Positions 28,001 to 39,900 of a stretch of DNA of 64,000 nucleotides are shown one piece after another. Position numbers and translations under genes: made by a program. The notes under the pieces are model-generated. The model made no database searches. It had not been told where the DNA came from and saw only the letters and a list, made by a program, of their open reading frames with translations. Source of the stretch: Marsupella aquatica (Eukaryota > Plantae > Marchantiophyta); contig OZ316893.1 in the NCBI GenBank assembly GCA_973895155.1, positions 6,720,963 through 6,784,962 on the forward strand. Direction: 5' to 3'. The first letter of the stretch is position 1. Every line of letters starts with the position of its first letter.

Positions 28001-28831
28001 TGGAGCAGTGTCCTGCATTGGTGCCGTTGCCGTTGCCGTTGCCGTTCTCTTTTCCCTCTCCAGCAATTTCAGCAGATTCTGCATGCCTGGTTGCTGCATC
28101 GGCAAGTCCTCCGTCCTTGGCCTAAACACCTACTCGATTGTAGGACTGTCGGGCGGGTTGGGTTTCTCCGTTGCCGGCGTCTACTCCGGGACCTCCTCCG
28201 GTGCTCTTGCCGATAGGGGAAGTACTGGGGCAAAGATTTGACTTCTGGCATACCGGCACAACAACGGCATGTGATAGCCAAGCCGGGACACGCTTCCCAC
28301 GCCGATCACCTGCTGTTCCTCCTTCAAGATCTTCTTCAGTTGGTTGAGGAGGTACCCGTTGTAATCCCGGCTTGGGTCTAGCCTTTCTGCCAGGTAGACC
28401 TGAGCCTTGCCAATCTCTGCCCTCGGCAAGTTACAGTGCATGGTTACCCGCAAGAAATCGATCATCTCTCCGATGTGCGGGTTGGTGCAGGTGTTCCGGA
28501 AGAAGCCATTCTTTGTTGATGGTCCTGGGAACGACCAAAACTCCTTGTCAGGTAAGGTCTTCCTGGTATCAACCTTGGTCTTATTACCCATCGGCAAGCC
28601 AAACACTTCAGCAATCACCCGGGGAGTGAGATAGAAATCCTTCCCATACACCCTTGTGGAATTGGTCTCGGACTCCCATGATCCCACGAATTCTAACAAG
28701 TCTGAGTCCGGCACCTCTGGCTTCAGCCATGGTAATCTTACGAAGGCTTCCAAGCCGGATCCGGCCATGAAGCCTTGGTACTTCTTGGTCTGCATAGCTA
28801 TAAAGCATGCATCCTCCTCCCGTGCAAAGTG
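25024..28831 (-). mobile_element. Family A LTR, copy 1 (3' part; interrupted at 28832 by another family A element)
   Basis: Reverse complement of ~58515-62212; ends ...GGGACGCACCACA at 25024. Confidence 0.9.
25928..28831 (-). pseudogene. LTR-encoded ORF of family A, copy 1 (single frame, point stops only)
   Basis: ORFs 28181..28846, 27425..28129, 26276..27361 and 25928..26272 share one frame and align to 57701-61300. Confidence 0.85.
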
Positions 28832-31257
28832 TGTGGTACGTCCCATGGCTCCCTAAACCCAAGAAACCCCCCAGCGCAAGCCGATTCCTGCAGGTTTCAC
28901 GCTTGGCGAGGTCATTTCTGCGGCTTAGCGGCATGGGACGCTGCTAACCTCCTTCTACTATTACTATTAGCTTTTTACACACATATACTGGACAGATCCT
29001 TCATCGGGTCATGAGATACGTAGCCGGCCTAATCTAGGCCTTCCCTTGTCTTCCTCTCCTTCTGGTTAGGTATGTTTGGATTCCGCCGCCGGAATGATCC
29101 CCAATAGGCTTGGTTAAGCCGCTAAGACCTCTCTCAGCTCGACACATCCAACTCTCACTCCCCTGCTTACTTTCCTTCCTCTGTTGGTTGATGTGGGCAC
29201 TCTTCACACAAGTTAATGCAACACACAAATAGCAAAATGACTCCTTCTGACTGAGTCATACCACTTGCCATACAAACAGTACATCTCATACACAAGCTCT
29301 GCGAACTAAGCCGTGAGGCCAACTCTATTCAGCTCTTAGGCATGAGGAAACATGAATATACACAAGGTCACGGTATGACTAACCGAGAGCTTCTCTTACT
29401 ACTTGATCCCAGCCCGGCTGGTGCAAACTAAAAACTTGCTAAAGAAGAGGCCCTGAGCTCCCCGTTGCCCAGGTACTTATCCTGGTAGTGGATCCGCCTA
29501 ATTCTTTGCAGCGTAAGCCTAATCTACCTAACAGTAATCTACCTGCCCGGATCTACCTATGTACAGCAAGGCAGGAGCACAAGTGTTGCTCCTACCAGTG
29601 GAACCGCAATCCCACTAAGCTAAGTGTCAGGGTCGCTCCTGGTCCTGATCCTAATCCTAAACTTGGAGATCAGTGCCCGCCCTGCCCACTCACGCTTCCT
29701 CGGGTACCCTTACCTGCAGGGAAAGTACTGGGGCAAAGGTCTGACCTCTGGCATACCGGCACAACAACGGCATGTGATAGCCAAGCCGCGACACGCTCCC
29801 CATGCCGATTACCTGCTGCTCCTCCTTTAAGATTTTCTTCAATTGGTTGAGGAGGTACCCGTTGTAGTCCCGGCTTGGGTCTGGCCTCTCTGCCAGATAG
29901 ACCTGTGCCTTGCCGATCTCTGCCCTCGGCAAGTTACAATGCATGGTCACCCGCAAGAACTCGATCATCTCTCCTATGTGCGGGTTGGTGCAGGTGTTCC
30001 GGAAGAAGCCATTCCTCGTTGATGGCCCGGGGAATGACCGGAACTCTTTGTCAGGCAAGTTCTTCCTGGTATCAACCTTGGTCTTATTGCCTATCGGCAA
30101 GCCAAACACTTCGGCAATCACCTTGGGAGTAAGATAGAAATCCTTCCCATATATCCTCGTGCAATTGGTCTTGGGTTCCCATGACCCCACGAATTCTAAT
30201 AGGTCTGAATCCGGTACCTCTGGCTTCAGCCATGGTAATCTTACAAAGGCCTCTAAGCCGGATCCGGCCATGAAGCCTTGGTACTTCTTGGTCTGCATGG
30301 TCATAAAGCATGCATCCTCCTCCCGTGCAAAATGTAGTTGCACCTCCACTGGTAGGGTTGCCGCCCAGCCCTTCCAGGTGTCATCCCTGGTTGGAATGGC
30401 ATTGATGGGATTGACCTCCTCCTCTTCGGCTTCTCCCTGCCTCCTGCTCGGCTGGCTTCTTTGGTGTCGCCGACCTCGTTCTTTTTGCCGGGGTGGCTTC
30501 ATCGTTGGCGGCTCCCTTCCTCTTCATCTTTGCTGCCATGGAGGTTTCTCCTAGCACCGTTGCCTGGGTCCACCTTTCCGTGCTACCCTTCAATTCCCAG
30601 TGTATGTCATTGCAGTTCTTGATGGCCTCTCGAATGCCGATGATTCTGTCTTCGCAAAATAGAAGATCGTCGAGCTGATTGGAAGTAGGAGTCCACAAGA
30701 ACTCGACCTTGATGAGTTCGCCTCCTAAGAAAGCCGTCTTCTACAGCTCCCACAATCGAGCGAGCTCCTGTCGTTCTCGAGCTGCCCTTTCTGATTCTTT
30801 GTCCTCGTAAGTCTTGATGTACTCAGTTGCCCGTTCGAACAAGCATCCCCAGAAATGTGCCGCTTGATTGACGTTGCTCATACCCTCCTTAGGTCGATCA
30901 TCGGTATCTACTCTCTCCCCGAGTGCTTGCCTAAGCAGCTGACAGTAGTTGGCCTCCCGTAGTCGTCTGCCTAGTTTGTGCTCGCAAATGAGCCACCATC
31001 TCCTGCAAGCGCTCCTTACCCCTCTCCTCTTCCGGTCCTTCCTCCCGTTGATCCTTCCTAGCCACCAACGCTTAGCGTGCCCTAACCCTAATCGAGTTTT
31101 CACCCCCAGCGTCCTTACCTCCGGCCTCGGCCCGGGTTCCATAGTCACCCCTAATTGTTTATATTTTCCTTGTTTTGTCCCTATACTAAGGTGTTTCTAG
31201 GGTGCATTCCTGCTTTACCCACTTAACTGGCCGAGTGATTCCTGACTAGGCATCACA
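28832..31257 (-). mobile_element. Family A 3' LTR, copy 2 (2426 bp, ~2.2-kb internal deletion)
   Basis: TGTGATGCCTAG start at 31257 and ...TACCACA end at 28832. The deletion junction at ~29695 joins the equivalents of ~59153 and ~61352 through GAGGA(A/G)GC microhomology. Confidence 0.9.
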
Positions 31258-33213
31258 TAGCTCCCCACTTAATTGTGAAGCGTCCTCGCGAACAACTTCA
31301 TCTTCATCCATATAGTATGTCTTGAGGCGGTCATAATGGATGCGAACTGGATACACTTCTCCCGTAATGTTGGCCAGTTGTACGGAGCCATTGGAGAACT
31401 TCATGGTTACTCTAAAGGGTCCTAACCAGCGAGTGTAAAGCTTACCTGGAAACTTACTATACCTACTATCATAAAGTAATACCAGATCACCGGTGTGAAT
31501 ACTAACTGGTTTCAACTTTTTATCATACTGCTGCTTCATGGTTTTTTGTCTATATTCTATTCTCTCAGCTGAAATCATTCTTGCCTCATCTAAAGCTTCT
31601 AACCTATATTCTCGCTCCTTTAGGCTCTCCTCCGCTGAGGCTCTTTCCTCAATTGTAACTTGAAATGTCGGTATCTCAAGTTGCATGGGTACCAGGGCTT
31701 CTTGTCCAAAGGTTAAGAAGAAGGGTGTATGACCGGTAGTGGATTTATAGGCTAGATTGTAAGCAAAAATAGCAGCAAACAATTTATCATCCCAATCGAG
31801 TTTGTTCTGAGCTACTGTCTTGTTCAATATCTTTCCTATAATTCCGTTTGCTTGTTCTGTCAACCCATTTGCCTTTGGATGGTAGGGAGTAGTAGGCCTA
31901 TGTCTAACTAAATACTGCTCATTTAAACGACTAATTATATCATTCAGAAAATGGGTTCCTCTATCACTAACTAATTCTAGGGGTGCACCATACCTGGTGA
32001 AGATCTGCTCATACATGAATCTAGCCGTAGTAATTGCATCATCCTTCGTGGTCGGTCTGGCCTCTACCCATTTAGTTGCATAATCCGTAGCCAGGATTAT
32101 ATACTTGTTTCATCGGGGGTGGGTCAGTGGTTTCAGAGGTCCGATGTAATCAATACCCCACTTCTTGAATGGTGCCAGAGGTAGAATAGGGTGCAGTGGA
32201 TGTCTGGTGGACGCCCTTGGTCCTCCCGCTCGTTGACAAGGATCGCATTGTTTGATAAACCGATAGACATCCTTGTGCAAGGTGGGCCACCAGTAACCGG
32301 CATTTAATATCTTTTTAGACGTGGTTACTGGGGCAAAATGTCCGTCGGCTTCTTCTCCATGCATAGCCCGTAAGACTCGTTTTACCTCTCCCTTTTCTAA
32401 ACACCTTTGAATAGTGCCGCTGATTCCATACCTGTGTAGTACACCCTTAATGTACTGATACTGTCTGACCTTTCGCAAAAAGACTGCGGCTTGTTCTCGG
32501 CTTAATCCTGGCTGTACTCTGGAAGTGGTGAGAAAATGTAAAATCTCAGGGTACCATGTATCAGCTATTTCCACAACGAATAGCTCCTCGTCGGGGAATC
32601 GATCGTCGATGCAATCCGTGGCAGGTTCACCTGTGATTCTTGAAAAGAAGTCGGCATTGGCGTGTAACTTTCCCGGCTTGATCCTCAGCTCATAGTCAAA
32701 CTCCTGTAATAGCAAAATCCATCTTGCTACTTTGCCTGTAAGGTCCGGCTTCTTGACTAGGTACCTCAAACTTTCATGATCGGTATGAAAGATTACCTTG
32801 TACCCTAGTAAATAATGCCTAAACTTTTTACAGGAATAAACGACTCCTAATGCTTCCCTCTCTGTGGTGGAGTAGTTCCGTTCGGCATCGGCAAGCTGAC
32901 GGCTTGCGAAGTATATGGGATGGTCCCTTCTTTTCTCATCCAACTGACTTAGTACTGAGCCGATACAGAAGCCCGAGACATCTACAAAAACATGAAAATC
33001 TTTGTTCCAGTCCGGTGCTATCATGACTGGGGCCTCTACTAACATCTGCTTCAATTCTACCACTGCCGTTACTCGTTCGGGTGTGGGTTCGAAGTCTGCT
33101 CCTGCCTTGAGCATGTTGGTTAATGGTAAAGCTAGCTTGGCAAATCCTTGATGAACCGGCGATAGTAACCAATGCATCCCAAGAAGGATCTTACATCCTC
33201 TATGTTCTTAGGT
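31246..33213 (-). pseudogene. Ty3/gypsy pol fragment: RT C-terminus, RNase H, integrase (no chromodomain)
   Basis: Motifs VRSFLGCIGYYRRFI, DVSGFCIGSVL, NYSTTEREAL, HTDH, ADFFSR, integrase H..H..CDPC, WGIDYIGP, SDRGTHF, YHPKANGLTE and WLGPF. There is a frameshift near 33145 and an in-frame TGA at 32110. The integrase stop lies inside the 3' LTR. Confidence 0.92.
31261..31270 (-). promoter_or_regulatory. Polypurine tract of family A element
   Basis: Minus strand AAGTGGGGAG-CTA lies immediately before the LTR start TGTGATG. Confidence 0.75.
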
Positions 33214-33240
33214 TGCATGATATCTAGCCATACTGCTAGC

Positions 33241-36111
33241 ATGTCAGCAGAGGAGCCAAGTCGTAGCAGCTCATCACCACCGACACCCAGGTACCACTTG
33301 CGGAGTGATCCACGACCGTTGGTGCCAATTTCATTGGAGTCTCAACAATTTCAACGATGTCAGCAGACAACAGCAGCACCCACACCACGCAATCCTTCTG
33401 CTACATTTGGCGGTCGCTTCACCACTACCCCGAAGCCTGCTATCGCTTCTCTGCCCTTTACTCCTTTTGCATCACTGATTGTTCCAGCTTCACCAACATA
33501 CAGCATGGATGCCAGTCACTCATTTGGCCGCATTGAGCGCTTCAATGGGCGGCCAGGCATTGTTTCTTTGCGTGAGTTCAAATCCACTTTCTACACTGTC
33601 GTTTACAAATTGGAGTTGAAGTATGGCAGCAACTTCACAAATGCTTTTGCATTTAAGCAGCTAGCCAGGTATGTGCACCACGAGGCTTTGGATGTGTATG
33701 AGCATCATTCTCAACGACTGCTTGCTGTCACACAATTGCCTAACCCTGCCTATGCCACTGCAATTGCGGCTGCCTCACAACTGGCATTACATAATGCCAT
33801 TGCAGCCCATGTTGCTGCTCCTACCACTTCCCCTCCTACTCCAGTTCCCACCACTGCACCAGTTACTCTCACTGTCTTGGCACAGGCTACATCAGGCATT
33901 TCTCCCACCATTGATTTCCCTGCCTTTGCTGATCCAGTGGCTGAGTTTTTCCAGGTTCTTGAATTGGAATTCCCAATCAAGAGTGCTGACAAAATCATGC
34001 AGTTGGCCACCTTTGTGAGGCAGCGCGATGAAACATTGAAGATGCTGTATCACCGGCTTCTCAAGCTGAAGGAAGACACCCAGAGCATCACTGACCTAGA
34101 AGCTGCTCATCGCTATCTTCGCGCATTGGAGGGCACACCAGCTCTCCATTCGCAAGTGTTGCAGCAAGTATTCTTAGAGTTTGGAGATAGCTACACCCTG
34201 CTCAATGTCTATGACACTGCTGAGAAACTTGAGTTGGCCCATGCACATTATGAGGCCAGTATTGCGCGTCCACCGCGATCCAGGTACCAGGCTGCTGCCC
34301 CTACACTGACCACCCCTTCCCGTGTGCCACAGTATGGTTCCAAGACCAAGCCAGCACATGCTGCTTTCATGTTGCCATCTTGCAACTACTATGGTAACCC
34401 TTATCACAAGGCTAATGAATGTGATATTGTTGTTGAGGACCTGTCTTGTGATTTTTGCGGGAAAGTGGGCCACTTGGAGGCAGTTTGTTTTGCCAAATTC
34501 CCCGAGAGGAAGCAGCTACGACAGCAGGCCACTCATCCTGCTCCTGTTTCCACTCCCCCACCAGCTAGGAGGGCTCCTACTGCATCAACTGCTCCTCCTT
34601 CCAGTGGCAAAGCATCTAGTGCCAACAAACCGCCCAAGCAGCAACAGAAGCAACCAGCTCAGAAGGAGGCTCACCACGCACAGGCAACTCAACTCCAGTC
34701 TCTGACTCATGAGTTTGAGTCCCTACGTGCCCAACTTGCCAACATCAAAGGCAAGTCAACTGCCTCTACTGGTCCTTCTCAACCGGCTGGTCACGTGCAA
34801 CCCATCCCTGGCCCAGACACCATTGACAGTTCAGCACCTCTACCCCGCTCTTTCTATGGCTTGCCATTTGATGCTCATATGGGTGAGTGTGTGCTGTCCT
34901 CTGCTCCACAGCCTGGCCTTACAGCAGAATTTTCAGATTCATTCTACCCTTCTTATTTTGCTTACCAGCAGGCTAGTGCTGCCTCCCATATTGCTCCCAC
35001 ACGCTGCATTGTACAGGCTGATGGTCTTGATGCTGGTCCTATGACTAGAGCCAGGGGAGCTCGGGCTATCATGCCCCAATCTTTTCAGCCACTCACACTT
35101 GCTGAAGAGCGCACCTTGTTGGCGAGGGGGGAGGGAGCTGCAGCTACATCCATTCCACCACCAGGTGCTGCTGACATTTCACAGGGAGTTGTTTCTCCTG
35201 AGCTGCTTGAGCATTTCACCTCCGGTATGGCACAAAGGATTCTTACAACTCCACTTTTCAGTTGCCATGATTTACAGCTGGATGCTAGAGCTGTCATCAG
35301 AGCGCTAGAGGGTTCACTGCATTCTTCATCAGCCCCTGTGACACCAGTTTTGGAGGTCCAATCTCATGTACATAGTGGACCTTCTTCTTCTCCATTACAT
35401 GTTTCCACTGGTTTGGCTGCCCCAGTACCGATTGCTGCTGATTGTGTGACCAGAGCTACACTTGATTCTGGTCATGCTGCTCCATCTTTCCTGGCTATGT
35501 TGTTGAGTGGAAAGACCGTGGATACTAACTCCCTTCACAAGGTACCTCATCATTTGCCGAGAGTGGTGCCTAGTGATAGGACTTCAGTTTCCACCACCAT
35601 TGCCATTGTTGACAACAGGAATTCAGTGGTCAAGTTGGAGGGTCACACTCCTCAGGTGGTCATGCTAGACACAGGTGCTCAACCAGTGATATTGGGCATT
35701 CAGTTTGCCAAGAAGATGGGATTGTTGACTGATCATTTACAGTAATCCAGGTGGCACATTCAGACTGCTAGTGGCACTGTGGAGGATGTGCTGGGTGAGA
35801 GTTCTACTTTACTCACTCTCACTTTTAATGGAGGTACAGATCAGGAATTGCATTTCCCAGTCAGATGTTTGGTTACCAATGCCACTACGTATGATGTGCT
35901 CATTGGCCAGGAGGCTTTGTTCCCACCAGGTTTTACCATTGACAATTGGCATGAGCATGCATACTACAGAGTTTATTGGCATACGGATGGCTCACACTTG
36001 GGCTACATTCCACTTGATTTGCATGGTGCCCATACACCTATGGCTCACCACTGTGTGTTGAAAGCAGTGCACACAGCTACCTATGTCAACTACCCATTGC
36101 AGGATTGGATT
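33241..36111 (+). pseudogene. Element B gag-protease (one in-frame TAA at 35743)
   Basis: Gag-like IERFNGRPG...LREFKSTF and QRDETLKMLYHRL; zinc knuckles CNYYGNPYHKANEC (degenerate) and CDFCGKVGHLEAVC; aspartic protease LDTGA (35665-35679), with IQTASG and DVLIG in the same frame after the stop. Confidence 0.85.
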
Positions 36112-36144
36112 CACTAGAAGAATCCGAGGTGAACTGAGACCGCA

Positions 36145-36430
36145 ATATATGACTCATTTTGGCTCATGTGACTTCATTGTGACTCAACGTGACTTGACCC
36201 ACGCTGTGACCCTTGGAGTTGCAAAAGTTGAGACCAAAAAATGGAAGTCACTATTGATACTGGGCTTTGCAACTTGCTTGATACCCATTTGTGACTGATC
36301 TGTGACTTTATTGTGGAGTCTAGCCTTGTTTCGACGTGACTACAATATGACTTCAGCGAGTCACATCGTAAGTCACATACATGACTTACCCGCATTCAAC
36401 AATGACTAGCGTGTGACTATTTAGTGTCAC
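36145..36430. repeat. CACTA subterminal repeats ((G/A)TGACT / AGTCA(C/T)), likely TnpA binding sites
   Basis: More than a dozen direct and inverted copies; similar motifs at 55560-55745. Confidence 0.7.
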
Positions 36431-36966
36431 AGGAGAGACCAATGGAGACCCTGGCCCACGTCACACAACAGAACCATTTGGGACTCTATATACTCATGTT
36501 TATAACTAATAAGGTTCACATGCAAGTTATAACCATGACTAATGAACATAGAGGGACAGTTCATAAGGAGAGAGAGCACTCGACATTACAATACATAGAA
36601 ACCTGATGTTCTAACTTTAGAAATATAACACATTGAATACAAGAAATGAACATAGCATGAATGACATCCACATGAAACAAAGCATCATATAAGCAGATCC
36701 TACATAAAACATTCATAAGAATTAAACACAATCACAATCTTGCTAAAAAATGAAGATCATTTGAATTCCAATGGAATAGTTTACAATGTGATCAATGTAA
36801 TTTAGACAAAACAGGAACTCATAATTGATGACTGTAGGATGAGATAACTGAAAGCACATGCATGATACTATGAATCTCCAAGAGGACATGATTCTTGTAC
36901 TGCTTCTTGACATCTAAAATCTACATAACATGACTCACACTACAAACAAATAATGGCATGACATTG

Positions 36967-39900
36967 TTATGGATCCTCTATGAACTTGCTTGGCCATAAT
37001 ACCAAAGAACCTGCAGCATCTCTAAGTGTCTTTTGAGGAGGATCATCATTTGTGTTTGGAATGGGAAGGACAGCTTTAGGTTTCACTAGTAATGTGACTA
37101 ACACTACTGAATAACCTGGGGGAATCCTCTTGCCATGGAACGTTGTGGAACCAACCTGCACTCTGGCAAATCCTACTCGTGTTCCACTCTCATCAACAGC
37201 TAACAAGCCACTTTGTCCCTCAGCATTAGGTGCTTTCCCCACTTCCACCTTAGATCTTTTTGCCAGCACTGTTCTTGGAGGTTTGTATGAAACCTTTGAC
37301 GTGGCTCTGCTCCCACCAGCAGACTTGCTTCATGTGCGCATGCTTTCTCTCTTCACAGTAGTGAAGCTAGGCTCAGTAGGTTCCTCTGTTAGGACTGTCA
37401 CAGTAGCAGGTTCATCACCTGGGAGTGTCATACCAACTAACTCTTTGGTTGGATTTATCTCAACAAGAGGCACACTTGTCATTGAGAATGATACATTCTG
37501 CAAATCATTTATCTCTGCAATGGAGTCAAGATCTACATAGCATGAATCTGGCTCAATGGTATCATTGTCATGCTTGCTGATATCCTCATTTGCCCCAACA
37601 TTGATATCATCCACTCCCTTGCCAATGTCATCCTCATCCAAACATGGTTGACTGCCCTCTGTCAAACAAGTTGCTTGTACAGACTGCAACTTTGTTGCCT
37701 CTAAATTACAGCGAGTATTTGCCAGGTTCTCATACTTCTTCTCTGTAGCACCTGTCTTATTCTCTATGGACACAACAACCACAATATATGTTACTGAAAA
37801 TAACACATTCAACAAACAATGTCAATTCAAACTATACATTTAATAATCATATCCCACATAGTTGTAAAGGCCTTACCTTCAAGCCTACATGTCTTTGGCA
37901 TGCCAGAAGAGTGCATCGACTTTGCCACCTCAAGTGGTGATGGTGGAACTCCTGCAGAATTAGAATCAATTTTATCTCTCACCGACACAACAGCTTCCAT
38001 TAATGTCTTGAAGTTCACATGGAACAAGTCAGTCAATGAATTCAAACGTTCATTGATCTCTGGAAGACATGTTTCGACAGCCTTCAAACAACCACTTATC
38101 TCTGTAAGTGAAGATCCACCTCCCTACATGACACAGGGGTATAGGTTCAATCACTCCATATGAAATGTTGGGCAATATATGCACAATCAATGTTATATAC
38201 AGTGTACACCTGAAATTCAACACAGGTCATTCAATTACCAATCAGAACTCATATAACTTACATGCTTGGAGGATTCAGATGCACCCTCTTGAGCCCGGGT
38301 GTTCACAATTTCAGCCCTCAACTCTTCTTTTGAAGGGCTTTGCCCCAATTGGGCTTTTTGCACATGCATGGCAAACACAAGTTATCGATCAATATTCAGG
38401 AACGTACACTAAAAAACAAAGTTTACATGTATGGGTTTACACTAAAAAATAGTACATAGTGTAACATAAATTACATAGCTAGGCCATTCATTCTTACCAA
38501 ACGTTTAGCTGCCGGTGCAGTGCCGGTCCTTCCTGTCAAATTAGAGTTCTGAACACTCAACCTGGCCTCGGTCATCTGTGAACTCTTCGTTTTTGAAGCA
38601 TCTGTTACAAAATAAGCTACTAACCTTGCCCACACTTTATCATCACAACTGGCTGGTGGAGGCATATCTGGCTTCTCCCCACCTTCCTTCCAAGCCTTAT
38701 GCATTCTCCACCTCTCTTGCTTGATAATTTTACCTGCTGTACTCTCTAGGCAACCTATGTCCACGCCATCATCACTGCCCACATAATTCCATTTGGCAAC
38801 AACATTTTCACATACAGTCTTCCAATCTTTTGGATGTTGTTTTTTAAAATTAATAACACTCACATCTAACCAACGCAATACTTCAGCTTTCAAATCAGCA
38901 TGCCATCGGTTCTTGCGAGGACACTCAGCATCCACCCATTGTCTCTCATTCAACTTTACGTTCCCTTTCTTTGTCACCTCCCCTCGTGCACTGCTCTCGG
39001 TAGTACTGGGCGTTGTATTGGCCACCCCTTCATTCACCCTACCTGGGGTTCTGAAGCCACCTGGGAAAATACAATGCCATTCATGCTTGAGAACTACATA
39101 TAGCAGAATGGATGACGGCAACATTCAATGCTTCACTTCAAGAAAAATTCTTCAAACATACATACCTGTAGCTCTGCCTGTAGATGCCTGTGCAGGGACT
39201 GCACTCTGAAATTGTTGCGACCCTGGACCACCTGTCCAGCCTAGTACAGGGGCCGGATGATGTCACTTTCTAGGTATGTGTGTGCAAACATATGTACTGA
39301 AAACTAAGTACAAACTGTAGGAAAACAACTGAACATTCACCGACATACCTGTCCCCCTTCCGTGCTGCATCTGCATAGGGGCATTAGTGAATACTTGAGT
39401 CGATGGTTTGACTGTCCAACCTGCACACATACATTTTCTATCATTATACATGTGCAGAGTCCCCCCCCCCCCACGTGAATGGACTCCACATATAATGAGT
39501 TCTTCCATTGCTGACAAGATCAGACATTACCTGCTCCTCTTCCAGCGTTTGTAGGTACTGAATTTTGATATCCCTGCCAATTACCTTCACCACCTTCCCA
39601 ACCTTGTTCATTCCATGACCCACCACCATCCTCCCAACCTGGTTCAACCCATGTCTGTCCTTGTGGACATTGGAACTGATCATTACTAGCATTTGCCCAA
39701 TCAGGTTGGGCAGAATCTGCATGCAATGGCAGGTGGACAGAATTTCATGTTGTCTGAATCCAATACATCCCAAACAATGTCAAAAATTGATATGCAGTCT
39801 GAAATTCAGGAGTGCCATGCCTTCACAAAGAACTGGCATATAGATATATACTCACATCCCCATGGTTGAGGTGGACGTCCATACCCACGAGATTGTGGGT

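Noticed and set aside
33172-33240. N-terminus MHPKKDLTSSMFLG of the 857-aa ORF
   Set aside because: It is largely antisense family A RT sequence fused at the junction; the likely gag start is ATG 33241.
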